Shown: positions 1 through 9,483, counted from the stretch's first letter. The stretch is 64,000 nucleotides of DNA from Amoebidium appalachense (GCA_963693365.1 CAVNZM010000005.1:310001-374000), one strand, 5' to 3'. Made by a program: numbers and translations. Notes: a model not told the origin generated them from the letters alone.

Positions 1-608
1 ATGCCCGCCAGTGCAAGGCCTGCATGCACGCACACGCACAGCACAATGTTCCTGGTGAGCACGGGCACGGACAGGGAGAGCATGTACCGTGCACAGACGA
101 GGGTGGCACACGCCAGCACGCCCCTCGACACAAGAAACACGTAGCCAAACACCGACGGTTCAAACACGCACGTCATGCCGTAGAGGGCACTTAGGGGGAG
201 GAGGGAGGCACACACCATGTACGCCACGGCCCGTGGGAAGAACAACGTGGTCGTCACACGCATGGATCGGGCCCAGCACGCTGCTGCCAGCATGTAGGCG
301 AGGGGGGAGGCCACATACAGCCACGAGCCCAGCCAGTAGGGCGCCCACATCACACAGTGGCCGGCCACGTCAGGGTGGGTGTCCACGTCGAGCCAGGCAT
401 ACGCCACCCATTGTGCTTGGCACACGACCACACCTGTGAGGGGCAGGATGATGAGCCAGAACATGCATGTACGTTTCGCGAACTCTGGTATCATTGTGAC
501 TGTGCCGTAGGATGCAGCAACCAATGCAACACACATGATAGCACAGCATGTCGTAAAGTAGATTCGAGCCAGGTTGACAATCATTCTCCAGTTGTCTGGT
601 ACCATCAT
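1..608 (-). CDS. Multi-pass membrane protein, 7TM/GPCR-like (3'-partial, runs off window)
   Basis: Hand translation of the minus frame is stop-free from ATG 608 to the edge: MMVPDNWRMIVNLARIYFTTCCAIMCVALVAASYG...TCMFWLIILPLTGVVVCQAQWVAYAWLD...HCVMWAPYWLGSWLYVASPLAYMLAAACWARS...AVAYMVCASLLPLSALYGMTCVF...VFGYVFLVSRGVLACATLVCARYML...NIVLCVCVHAGLALAG. At least six hydrophobic helices. Confidence 0.75.
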   Translation of the reverse strand, partial: MMVPDNWRMIVNLARIYFTTCCAIMCVALVAASYGTVTMIPEFAKRTCMFWLIILPLTGVVVCQAQWVAYAWLDVDTHPDVAGHCVMWAPYWLGSWLYVASPLAYMLAAACWARSMRVTTTLFFPRAVAYMVCASLLPLSALYGMTCVFEPSVFGYVFLVSRGVLACATLVCARYMLSLSVPVLTRNIVLCVCVHAGLALAG

Positions 609-657
609 GATCACGGTGCGAAAAAATGTGCAACTACAATAAAGGCAAACATCCACC

Positions 658-1107
658 ATGTCTAACGTACACAGACTCAATCTGCTCACGCGATCGGGAG
701 AGTACGTGGGTGTGCAAGCCCACTCATCGACCGAATCCTATACCCTTGTCTTTCCTAGATACCGACCCAAGGAAGGGGACATGCTAGTGTGCACAGAGCA
801 GGGGCTAGAGTGGAAATCCTTCACAGAGTGGTTGAAAGGGCATGCAAGCACCATAAGGGACGTGCTACTGCAAGAGTACCCCACCCCCTCCCCCCCTCTC
901 TTCCCCCCCACTTTCCCCGACCAGACACCCCTTTTCCCCACGACGCCCTCTCCCCAACACCCCCCAATGAGCCCCTCTTTGCCTTCCCCACCCCCTCCCG
1001 CCTCCCCCCCACCACTCCAAGAGCAACAACCCTCCGTGCTCACACTACTCGACGACAATGAGGATGTACCCGCAAGCACAGACACGGAGCAGGACATCAC
1101 ACCGTGA
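658..1107 (+). CDS. Viral protein with a fibre-type motif and Pro-rich/acidic tail
   Basis: 149-aa ORF with Kozak start. VGVQAHSSTESYTLVFP...EGDMLVCTEQGLEW resembles the 'SYTLTLP..G..GQVL.TDG.G.LSW' repeat of phage/virophage fibres. Confidence 0.55.
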   Translation: MSNVHRLNLLTRSGEYVGVQAHSSTESYTLVFPRYRPKEGDMLVCTEQGLEWKSFTEWLKGHASTIRDVLLQEYPTPSPPLFPPTFPDQTPLFPTTPSPQHPPMSPSLPSPPPPASPPPLQEQQPSVLTLLDDNEDVPASTDTEQDITP

Positions 1108-1128
1108 CCATTGCACCCCCGGCCACTC

Positions 1129-1251
1129 ATGCCCGACCACCCCATCAAGCTACAACCACCCCCTGCCCCCAAGGCCAAAAAGACAGCCAAAAAGACCACA
1201 GCTACACGCAGACCAAGAAGGATCCCAAAGGAGAAAGTGTCGACCGACTAG
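1129..1251 (+). CDS. Small basic 40-aa protein (possible DNA-binding/core protein)
   Basis: MPDHPIKLQPPPAPKAKKTAKKTTATRRPRRIPKEKVSTD* fills the gap between the fibre-like ORF and the integrase. Confidence 0.45.
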   Translation: MPDHPIKLQPPPAPKAKKTAKKTTATRRPRRIPKEKVSTD

Positions 1252-1272
1252 TAGGAGGCACAAGAAACAACC

Positions 1273-2592
1273 ATGGTGGCCCACGGGAAGGACATTGAGC
1301 AGGTGATTGATGAAACCTACGACACCTTCAAGCTCCCCCCCTCCGTACAAGCCCTATGGCATCGTGCAAAAGCAAAAGACAAGAGGGTGGGGCAACCGGC
1401 CGTGCGTGCCTACCTGTCCAGGAGACACTCGGGGCTGCAGGAGTCCCTCACGGAGGTGATGGCCCCCCATAGGATTAAGAGGAAGGACTACCTCACCACA
1501 ACAGCACGGCCAAACAGTGTGGCAGCCGACCTGTTTTTCATGCCACGTTACTCAAAGGCAAACAGGGGGTACAAGGGGGGATTGAGTGTGATTGACATGA
1601 ACACGCGGCAAGCAACAGTCGTACCCATAAAAACAAAGAGCTCGGGGACCGGGAAGAGTGAGCACCTCACCATCAGCAACGGGCCAGAGATGAGGAGGGC
1701 AGTGGATAAGGCCCTACACACAATCAAGGAGATGAAGGACGAAAGCAACGAGGGGGAGGAAAACCTACAACCTACAGAGGTGAAGCAAATCTTTACGGAC
1801 AAGGGCACGGAGTTTCTTAGCAACACCATGAAAAAGTACTACGGCGACAATGACATCACCATTCTCCCGCAAAAACCAGGCAGAAAACCACGCAATGTAG
1901 CCATGGTGGAACGGTTCCACCGTACTCTAAAGCAAGGACTGACCAAGTACATGGAGACCAACAACACGGGCAAGTGGATAGGGGAAGGGTTGGAAGACGT
2001 GCTGGAGGATTACAACGATACGTACCATGGTTCCATAGGCAGAGACCCCGACAGCATGACCCAGCGGGCAGAACGGTGGAACAGCATCAACACGTGGCTG
2101 GAGAACAGGAAACAGAAGCGTAAGCTACGTGAAAGGATGGGCCACACAGAGGGTGTGCACGTACGTGCACTCAAGAAACCAAAGGGACCGTTTGAAAAAG
2201 AAGGCAGAAACTGGTCTAAGGACGTCTACACGCTTGCCTACAAGGATGCAAGTGGGTGGGCCCTACGCAACGCAGCCACAGGGGAGATGAGGAGACACAC
2301 GCCAGGCCTACGCTACGCTTGGCCAGACACCATGCTAAAGAAGGTACCACCTACCAGTGTGCCCGTACCGCACAGCAGCGAGATGCGTAAAGCCCGTAAG
2401 GAGACAGCCAAGGAAAAAGCCGTGGAAGAGCTGGCGTTTGAAGGCCGTGAGCTGGTGCCCCGAAAGGGCACACGTGGACAAATCCAAAAGGAAAAAGAAA
2501 CACGCAAGGCACGGGAACGGAAAAAACTCGCGTTTGAACATCAACCGGAGCAAGTGGGTCTGCGTCGCAGTGAAAGGCACGCACGCCGTTAG
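1273..2592 (+). CDS. Retroviral-like (rve) DDE integrase, Polinton type
   Basis: Catalytic motifs AADLFFM, FTDKGTEF and VERFHRTLK, followed by W...L..V...YN.TYHGSIG..P. Basic C-terminal tail. Confidence 0.93.
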   Translation: MVAHGKDIEQVIDETYDTFKLPPSVQALWHRAKAKDKRVGQPAVRAYLSRRHSGLQESLTEVMAPHRIKRKDYLTTTARPNSVAADLFFMPRYSKANRGYKGGLSVIDMNTRQATVVPIKTKSSGTGKSEHLTISNGPEMRRAVDKALHTIKEMKDESNEGEENLQPTEVKQIFTDKGTEFLSNTMKKYYGDNDITILPQKPGRKPRNVAMVERFHRTLKQGLTKYMETNNTGKWIGEGLEDVLEDYNDTYHGSIGRDPDSMTQRAERWNSINTWLENRKQKRKLRERMGHTEGVHVRALKKPKGPFEKEGRNWSKDVYTLAYKDASGWALRNAATGEMRRHTPGLRYAWPDTMLKKVPPTSVPVPHSSEMRKARKETAKEKAVEELAFEGRELVPRKGTRGQIQKEKETRKARERKKLAFEHQPEQVGLRRSERHARR

Positions 2593-2909
2593 GGCAGCCT
2601 CCCATGTCTTGAAAAAAACAGAGACTCCCCACCAATGAGCGACCGCAATTATGTTTTAAATTGGTTTAATGGAATGTTTGCGCAAACAGGCGACGCCCCA
2701 CCAACCCGCAGCCGTCAAAACTAGCCCTATTTGGTCACCTGCCAAATCAGGCTAATCCTCCATGTGCGGACCACTGGTCCTGACCCGAATCTGCCCTTTG
2801 CGGACCACCCGACCCATTTACGGCCCGCTCCGACCCGGACCCGGCAGGATCCGGCCCGGCCCGTGGCCCGCGAAATTTTCACAGCACACAGGTGCGGGAC
2901 TGTGTGATC

Positions 2910-3455
2910 ATGGGGCTTGGGAGTTGCTGCGGAGTGTACAAGTCGACGGTGGACAAGAGGAGGACCGGTGTGGACACAGACAAGGTGCAGACGCCTGCAT
3001 GGCTGCTGGAAGCGCTTGAAAAAGAGTTTGGCACACTCAATGACCCCTGCCCCATCACCTGGCGAGAGGGGGAGGACCCTTGCGCACTCACAGATGACAG
3101 TGTGTGGTCCAGCGAGAAAATCAACTATGTCAACCCACCGTTCTCCGATATTTCCCCCTTCATACGCAAGGCCATACAGATGTACATGTCAAAGGGTAGA
3201 AAGAGCGTACTGCTTGTACCTGCACGCACAGAGGCACGCTGGTTTCATGACCTGGCGTTTAGGTACGCTGCAGAGGTGCGCATTTTGCGGGGCAGGGTCA
3301 AGTTTGAGGGGTTCAAGAGACCATCACCAGAGGGCGTGTGCCTGCTTCTGTTTACAGAGCCCCAGCCAGTGGGTGGCCCACGTGTAGTGTCGTGGGTGCC
3401 TGAGACATACCCGCGCAGCTCAAAGACAGGGGGTGTGCTGGGGTTGGAATTCTAG
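2910..3455 (+). CDS. DNA N6-adenine methyltransferase, phage Dam-like family
   Basis: QTPAWLLEALEKEFG..DPC, YVNPPFS, VLLVPARTEARWFH and EVRILRGRVKF motifs. Confidence 0.9.
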   Translation: MGLGSCCGVYKSTVDKRRTGVDTDKVQTPAWLLEALEKEFGTLNDPCPITWREGEDPCALTDDSVWSSEKINYVNPPFSDISPFIRKAIQMYMSKGRKSVLLVPARTEARWFHDLAFRYAAEVRILRGRVKFEGFKRPSPEGVCLLLFTEPQPVGGPRVVSWVPETYPRSSKTGGVLGLEF

Positions 3456-3505
3456 CCAGATCATAAAAATGTGTGGTAGAGTGTATAAGGTACCAGCACA
3501 CCACC

Positions 3506-3818
3506 ATGGCCACCTACCAAGTTGTGCTCAATGACCAATTTCAACCCCTCACTGAGCGCACGTCAAACGCCACGCGCACAGACTTTAGCTTTTATGGCCA
3601 GCAGGCCATGGCAAGATCCATTGCAGACAGTATATGTCCACGCAACACACGCCACCCTTCTTTCCTTAAACCAACCACTGTGGCTGGCTCCTCAGCAGGC
3701 AACCGTGCTCCTAGTACCCGGAGACGCCCTACCTTTGCAGCACTCAGGCGTGCACATGGCAGGGCCGTGCGCTAGCAGGAACATGACTCTGGCAATAAAA
3801 AATAATATGCCCACATAA
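3506..3818 (+). CDS. Hypothetical viral protein, probably frameshifted near 3585
   Basis: Kozak ATG at 3506 (MATYQVVLNDQFQPL...). The more gene-like continuation lies in the other frame (LAFMASRPWQDPLQTVYVH...NNMPT*), which ends just before the next gene. Confidence 0.4.
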
Positions 3819-3844
3819 GTAAAAGTGCAAGCCACACCACCACC

Positions 3845-4459
3845 ATGGGTGTGTCATCGCGAGGCAGGAACGGAAACACGCGCGTCATCTACGTGCAAAA
3901 CCAACCAAACAAGGCGTCAGAGGTGGCTAAGTGGGTGGGGGCTCTGGCAGGCGGTGCTGCCTTGGGGGCAGGGGGGTATTATGCGTGGAAACACAAGGGG
4001 GACATAGCGAGGGGGGTGGGTAACTACATGTACAACAAGGCAGCAGATGCGGCCACCTACAGTGCAGAAAAGGCCGGGGAGGTGGGGGGGACAGCGTTCA
4101 AGGGGCTCAAAGGGGTCGCACGTGCCACAGGCGATGCCGCCCTGCAGGGCACACAGCATGTGGGTCAGGGTATCCAGAATGGCTCGTTCAGCGCGTGGAA
4201 GACACTGAGGAATGGCACAAGGGACGCGGGTAACTATATGCTACACACTGCACAGAATGCTGCGGGTTATGGTCCATACAACGCTGCAGGCAGTAGTGGT
4301 GGTGGGGGCAGTGTGCCCACGGGTACACGCCCACACACAGGTGGTGGTTATGAGTGGAGAGGGGGCGGAGGGGGCGGTGCACAGGTGCTTGTGGGTGGCA
4401 AACCCTACGTCTGGCCACCGGCAAGGCCGCCACACGTCTCGGGTCGCAGAGCTAATTGA
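3845..4459 (+). CDS. Gly/Ala-rich viral protein with an N-proximal hydrophobic segment
   Basis: 204-aa ORF with Kozak start and segment WVGALAGGAALGAGGYYAW, followed by amphipathic Gly/Ala-rich sequence. Confidence 0.7.
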   Translation: MGVSSRGRNGNTRVIYVQNQPNKASEVAKWVGALAGGAALGAGGYYAWKHKGDIARGVGNYMYNKAADAATYSAEKAGEVGGTAFKGLKGVARATGDAALQGTQHVGQGIQNGSFSAWKTLRNGTRDAGNYMLHTAQNAAGYGPYNAAGSSGGGGSVPTGTRPHTGGGYEWRGGGGGGAQVLVGGKPYVWPPARPPHVSGRRAN

Positions 4460-4728
4460 AAACCCATATATGGTAAGTGCACACAGGAAAAACCGTTGGC
4501 GGGCGGTGCGAGGAACCAATAAGGTTTGTTGACTTTCATTCCATTGGTAGCCTTCCTGCGCTTTGATTGGCCGCCTAGTGCAACGCGAGTCACCAAAGTT
4601 TGGAGCAATGGCAGCATGTGTGCCGGAGGGCACAAAAAACCACCTGCAAACGGTCCATTCTTCAAACATTTTTCCTTTATTCTAAGCCACTCTAGCCTGC
4701 CTTTTTGCAAACAGCGAACTTTTTAAAC

Positions 4729-5855
4729 ATGAACCCTCTCTCTCCCCTACCCCCTCTTTGCAATGGCACAGCTGTTGCTCAGGCTGCTGCAGCATCCGCC
4801 CTTTCTGTACCTACACCCATGGTCACATCCTTTGGCTATCCTTGTTTCAATGATCTACGCACCTTCTCCTGGGCCGACATAGATGTTTCCGCCCTTGTTC
4901 CTGACCCCTTCTACAAGCTCCACCGCACGCTGGCTGAGGGGTATGCTGCACAGCCCGGTGTTGTGGAGAACTCGGCCTACCTCCATCCCGCCACGGTTGA
5001 TGGCTTCTTCCAGGCTGGTTACAACCCAGGGGGGAAAGTCTACTTCCAGAAACGCTTCGCTGGTCACAACGATTTTGTTGGGATGTGGCTGCCTGAGGCA
5101 CTGTTGCGTGACAACGTACGTGGGCTGGCAGACCTGGCAGACTTGCACACCGATTCGATTAAGCTAACACTCGCGTGCCGCAACGCCCTCATGCTCAAGG
5201 GGGTGGCGGCTGCTGTGGTAGACCTCCTCCTGCCACTGTTCAACGAGCACGACAGGTCTATCAGGTACAAGGCCGAGACAGATCCTCAGCTGGTTGGCGA
5301 CTACATCCACAGGTACATGCACCAGGTAGAGGACGGCGCGGCTGGCGGCCCATTGCCGCTATGTGCAAGTCAGGGACTGTATCTTCCTACCGTGAGGACG
5401 AGCTGGTGCACCTCCTGGCCCATGTTCTTGTAGGATTCCTGCAGGCCATGGTGGCCACTGCCAAGGCTGCCAAGTTAAAGTCCACACCCATCTTCAAAGG
5501 GGTTCCCCTGGATATCCTGCATGAAATGCAGGCCCTGCTCCGCACTATTGCAGAGGAGCGTGCGTGTGGTTTAGGTGAAAAGATTCACTTTGCAGGGTTG
5601 ATCAAGAAAAACATTGCCAAGGAGGCCCCGTCACGGCGCAAGTCTGTCCCGGAGCTTGCCCCAGATCACAAGGAGAACCGTGCCCCCCTCTACACCATCT
5701 GCAGTAGCTGCAACAGAAACATCACCTACAACAACAACAACAACAAGATGGCCCACGGTGCTCGCTACTTCTATGGTGGGGTCCAGGTGTCTAAGCCCCG
5801 TACTTCTTCCCCCCTCAAGACTGTGAACAGCGACGTCATCTACCTAAGTGGTTAG
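4729..5855 (+). CDS. Hypothetical viral protein (~375 aa) split by a 1-nt frameshift at ~5350
   Basis: ORF 4729-5433 and ORF 5175-5855 join into ...EDGAAGG-PIAAMCKSG... if one C is restored in ggcggcccatt. Confidence 0.6.
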
Positions 5856-6148
5856 GTTAGGGGTGACCGTGCAGGGCTGTGCCCTATACTTGCACGTTTT
5901 ATACGTTTTTTACCCTCTCAGCTCGTCCATGACCATAGACACGTTTTTTTGTGAAGACAATGGGTAGAGCCCTTTATTTCCACGTTTTTTTCTTTTTTAC
6001 AAAGACAATCGACGGCAAAAATAAACTTTTATTTTTACGAAAAACAAGCTGAGTACAAACCCAAGACTACTGCGGTGCATTGCACACGTGTGCCTGCACG
6101 TGTGTGTGCCTAAGAAGACAACGATTTAAGTGTGCATGTGCATGTGTG

Positions 6149-6150
<2 letters not shown>

Positions 6151-6235
<85 letters not shown>

Positions 6236-6337
6236 TTTGTCTAAGTAACAAAAAACTTTAAAAGACTTTTTTCTACGAAAAGAGATGATTGAAAAGGATT
6301 TTCAAGTTTTTTCACAAAACTAACGAAAGGAAACGAG

Positions 6338-6390
<53 letters not shown>

Positions 6391-6492
6391 TTTGTCTAAG
6401 TAACAAAAAACTTTAAAAGACTTTTTTCTACGAAAAGAGATGATTGAAAAGGATTTTCAAGTTTTTTCACAAAACTAACGAAAGGAAACGAG

Positions 6493-6549
<57 letters not shown>

Positions 6550-6623
6550 TTTGTCTACTACGGTAACAAAAACTTTAAAAGACTTTTTTCTACGAAAAGA
6601 GATGATTGAAAAGGATTTTCAAG
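6151..6623. repeat. Composite tandem repeat: (TG)n plus a 110-bp AT-rich unit, about 2.7 copies
   Basis: Units start at 6231, 6386 and 6545 (aaagatttgtcta...gaaaaggattttcaag), each preceded by a TG tract. Confidence 0.9.
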
Positions 6624-6868
6624 ATTTTTTGAGAAAGACAGGGAAAGAGAAGAAAAACGACATGCTGGGCATTCCTGGAGATAAATTCGCAAATTTCATC
6701 GGCTCATACTTGCGCAAGTCTTTGACACTCCCTCTCATTGCGCCACAAGTCAAGTCGGTCACGTAGCTCACAGTGTTCGTTTTTCCCCAAAAACACAAGT
6801 TTTTTGACCGTTTATTTCGTGGCAATCACCCGCAGACAAATATGTTCTCAATATACAGTCGTGTGTCA

Positions 6869-7783
6869 TTACATTCTGAGCATTTTGGCATCGTCATTAC
6901 CGGGCATGGGCGTGCCTGCACGCTTAGCCTGCCCCAAGTCTACATCACCCCCCTCCCCCTCGCCCCCCTCACCACCAGCCAGCTCCATCAGGCCATCTAA
7001 GTCAAACACCTGAACCTTGCGGGCAACCAGCTTGGTACGCACAGTGTTGTTCTTCTTGTTGTAGATGACGCTGGTGGCAGCTGCAGACACCCAGGCAGTC
7101 ACCTCACGGCACTTGGCACGTTGGGAGTTCATAAACTCCACAAACTCGTCGATGGAGGCAGCGTTGTTGCCCAGCTTGAAGAGGCAGGGGTTGCGGCCAA
7201 GGGGGTTGGGGAGCTCCAACATCACGTTGAAGTAGGTGCCACCCAGTGCCTCCACCATGTCCTCCTTGCCGACGGGGTCGGCACCCAGCACATCGTACAG
7301 GCTGGGGGTGTGCCTGGACCACATGTTGCTGCTGGTCTTGACAGGTACGGTGTCCACGTCCACCCCCTTGAGCATCTCGTGGTCCTTGTGCATCCACAAC
7401 ACGTCCCTGGCCATGCTGCACACGTAGGGCCACAGGTCAACGGCGTAGGCCACCTCAAAGGGCTCAGGGCGGCGTTGCGACTTGACCCTAATGGTGGGCT
7501 TGGCATCCCAGGCAACCGTGCTGGGGACCAACTCGATGAGCATCTGCCCGTTGATGTTGATGTTGGGCAGGTTGTACAGCTGCACGGCCAACACGTCGTT
7601 CATCACCCAGGGTGCGCCCATGGTGGCCTTGCCCACACCGTTGAGGAACACCTCCTTGTACTGCACCATCTTGGGCCCCTCACTGTTGTTGGTGTTTTCT
7701 TTGCCACTGCTTACCGCGGCGATGCTGGTCCTTTTGACGGTGGACAGACCAGTCGTTTGACGCAGCAGGGTTGGCTTGACCAT
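6869..7783 (-). CDS. Putative OB-fold single-stranded DNA-binding protein (NCLDV/T7 gp2.5-like)
   Basis: 304-aa ORF with strong codon bias. C-terminal beta pattern WVSAAATSVIYN...VRTKLVARKVQVFD followed by an acidic Gly/Glu/Asp tail. ORF is firm; the function is inferred. Confidence 0.55.
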   Translation of the reverse strand: MVKPTLLRQTTGLSTVKRTSIAAVSSGKENTNNSEGPKMVQYKEVFLNGVGKATMGAPWVMNDVLAVQLYNLPNININGQMLIELVPSTVAWDAKPTIRVKSQRRPEPFEVAYAVDLWPYVCSMARDVLWMHKDHEMLKGVDVDTVPVKTSSNMWSRHTPSLYDVLGADPVGKEDMVEALGGTYFNVMLELPNPLGRNPCLFKLGNNAASIDEFVEFMNSQRAKCREVTAWVSAAATSVIYNKKNNTVRTKLVARKVQVFDLDGLMELAGGEGGEGEGGDVDLGQAKRAGTPMPGNDDAKMLRM

Positions 7784-7924
7784 TTTGCTGTTGTTTGGGG
7801 GGTGTGGTGAACGTGACTGTGGTGTGCACCTCAACTGTGTACGTATGGCTCATGTTTGCTTGGTGTGATGTTGGCTGTGTGCGGATGCTTATGTACACAG
7901 CGGCGACATGCTGGGTGCGCTTGT

Positions 7925-8132
7925 GGCCAATGAGGACCGAAATCCTTAATCTCTGTGTCCTTATTGGCCGCCTAAACCAAAATGTGCCAACCTGAACTCC
8001 GATTGGCCGCCTTGTGCGGCAACTGGCTTTTTGGAACTGAATTATCATTGGCCGCCTTGTGCATCCGCATTACTATTGGCCGCCTTGTACAAGGAATTCG
8101 GAATTCGAATTCTCATTGGCCGCCTTGTGCAC
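7925..8132. promoter_or_regulatory. Array of five ATTGGCCGCCT (CCAAT-box-containing) motifs upstream of the SSB-like gene
   Basis: Copies at 7963, 8002, 8047, 8075 and 8115. A further copy lies at 4566, upstream of ORF 4729. Confidence 0.7.
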
Positions 8133-8381
8133 ACCGTCGCATTCCTTTGATCTCAGAACTGTGTACGTGTCGCATGTGCGCGTGCGTGCACGCGCACACA
8201 TGACACGTTTTCCCTTTAATATTTTAATTAAATCCACGTGCTCTGCACGTGTTTATGCACACACACACAGTGTGTGCACGTGCTCCTGTACATATCCATA
8301 CCCATATCCATATCCTAATCACAATATACACCCATATCATACGGCATATCGCCATATCCCATATGCATATCTGCCATATCC

Positions 8382-8454
8382 TAAGGGGTGCGCCACCCTG
8401 TGTTAGTGACGTCACACTTTGTGACGTCACTAACGTGGGGTGCCGCGCCCCTTA
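8382..8454. repeat. 73-bp hairpin near the presumed element terminus
   Basis: Perfect core GTTAGTGACGTCACA-ctt-TGTGACGTCACTAAC with imperfect arms closing TAAGGGG/CCCCTTA. Confidence 0.85.
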
Positions 8455-8544
8455 TTGTAGTTAGTATTACATCGCACATCACACATTTAAAGTTGCAATT
8501 GCAAACGTACAATCGATCGGGAGCCGTACGTACGGCGGCGGTGG

Positions 8545-8592
<48 letters not shown>

Positions 8593-9483
8593 ATGCGACA
8601 TCGATTTCACCGCCGAGCTTTGCTATCTCTTTGTGCACCACGGACGTTATCTTCCCCCCCTCCCCCCCCTCCTCCTCCCTCCCTCACTCCCCCCACTCCC
8701 TGCAGGCACCCGCCAACCCATCCAAGCACACACTAATTAGTACGTACACCTGGCCAGGCATGATATTTTTATTCGCAGTTGCTATGTTACGTGCTTGTTC
8801 GTGCCTATACAAATATGACATTGGTGTAAGGAGGGGCCCCTCTGTATGGTGTTTACTATGTACTAGGATGTTCTCCTATTGACGAAAGGAGACAGCCAAC
8901 ACGTGTGCCTTAATCCTTATACACCACACCAATTCCCCGCTTGCTGGCTTACTGCAACAAGATCTAGAGCACCCAAGAAAGCAGACAGATGCATGCAGTG
9001 CCCCAGCTAGTACTCTGGGAGATCCAGCAAGGTTCTGCATGGAGGGTGGGTGGCCATGGTAGCAGGGCATGCTCAGCACAGCAACACTTGGTAGGACATG
9101 GGGGGGAGGGGGGGGGGGGGGGGGGGGGAAGGGGGGGGGGGGCTAGTAGATCTTGCAGCATTCTTATTGGTCAAAAAGCGCACATCACGTGACATGCCAC
9201 CAGGCACGAGATTCATCACCTTAACCCTGTTGTTTTTTGGCATACAGCTAAGTCTACCTAGACTTGTTCGGTTATAAAGTGCACGAGTAAAAAGTGGCAT
9301 CAGCAGGCGTATGGTCGAATTTACATTACAGGGAGGGCTACATGGCGTCACTGCAGAGAAAAACACAATCACCAACACACATCACGACTCACCATGCTGT
9401 ACGTGATATCCTCTAACCCCATCGTATCCATCAACCTCACATCATCATTAACTAGTATCATTAACCCCTGCAGTAACACATGC

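Larger units (their letters stand above)
1..8460. mobile_element. Right-hand part of an endogenous Polinton/adintovirus-like dsDNA virus (left end outside window; right boundary approximate)
   Basis: Densely packed intronless ORFs with Kozak-like starts (ccaccATG at 658, 3506, 3845), rve integrase, Dam-type MTase, SSB-like and fibre-like ORFs. Terminal hairpin and motif arrays at 7.9-8.45 kb, then an abrupt switch to homopolymer-rich host DNA after ~8.5 kb. No pPolB or capsid gene is visible here. Confidence 0.75.

Noticed and set aside
7121-7810. 229-aa + strand ORF
   Set aside because: Antisense shadow of the codon-biased SSB-like gene.
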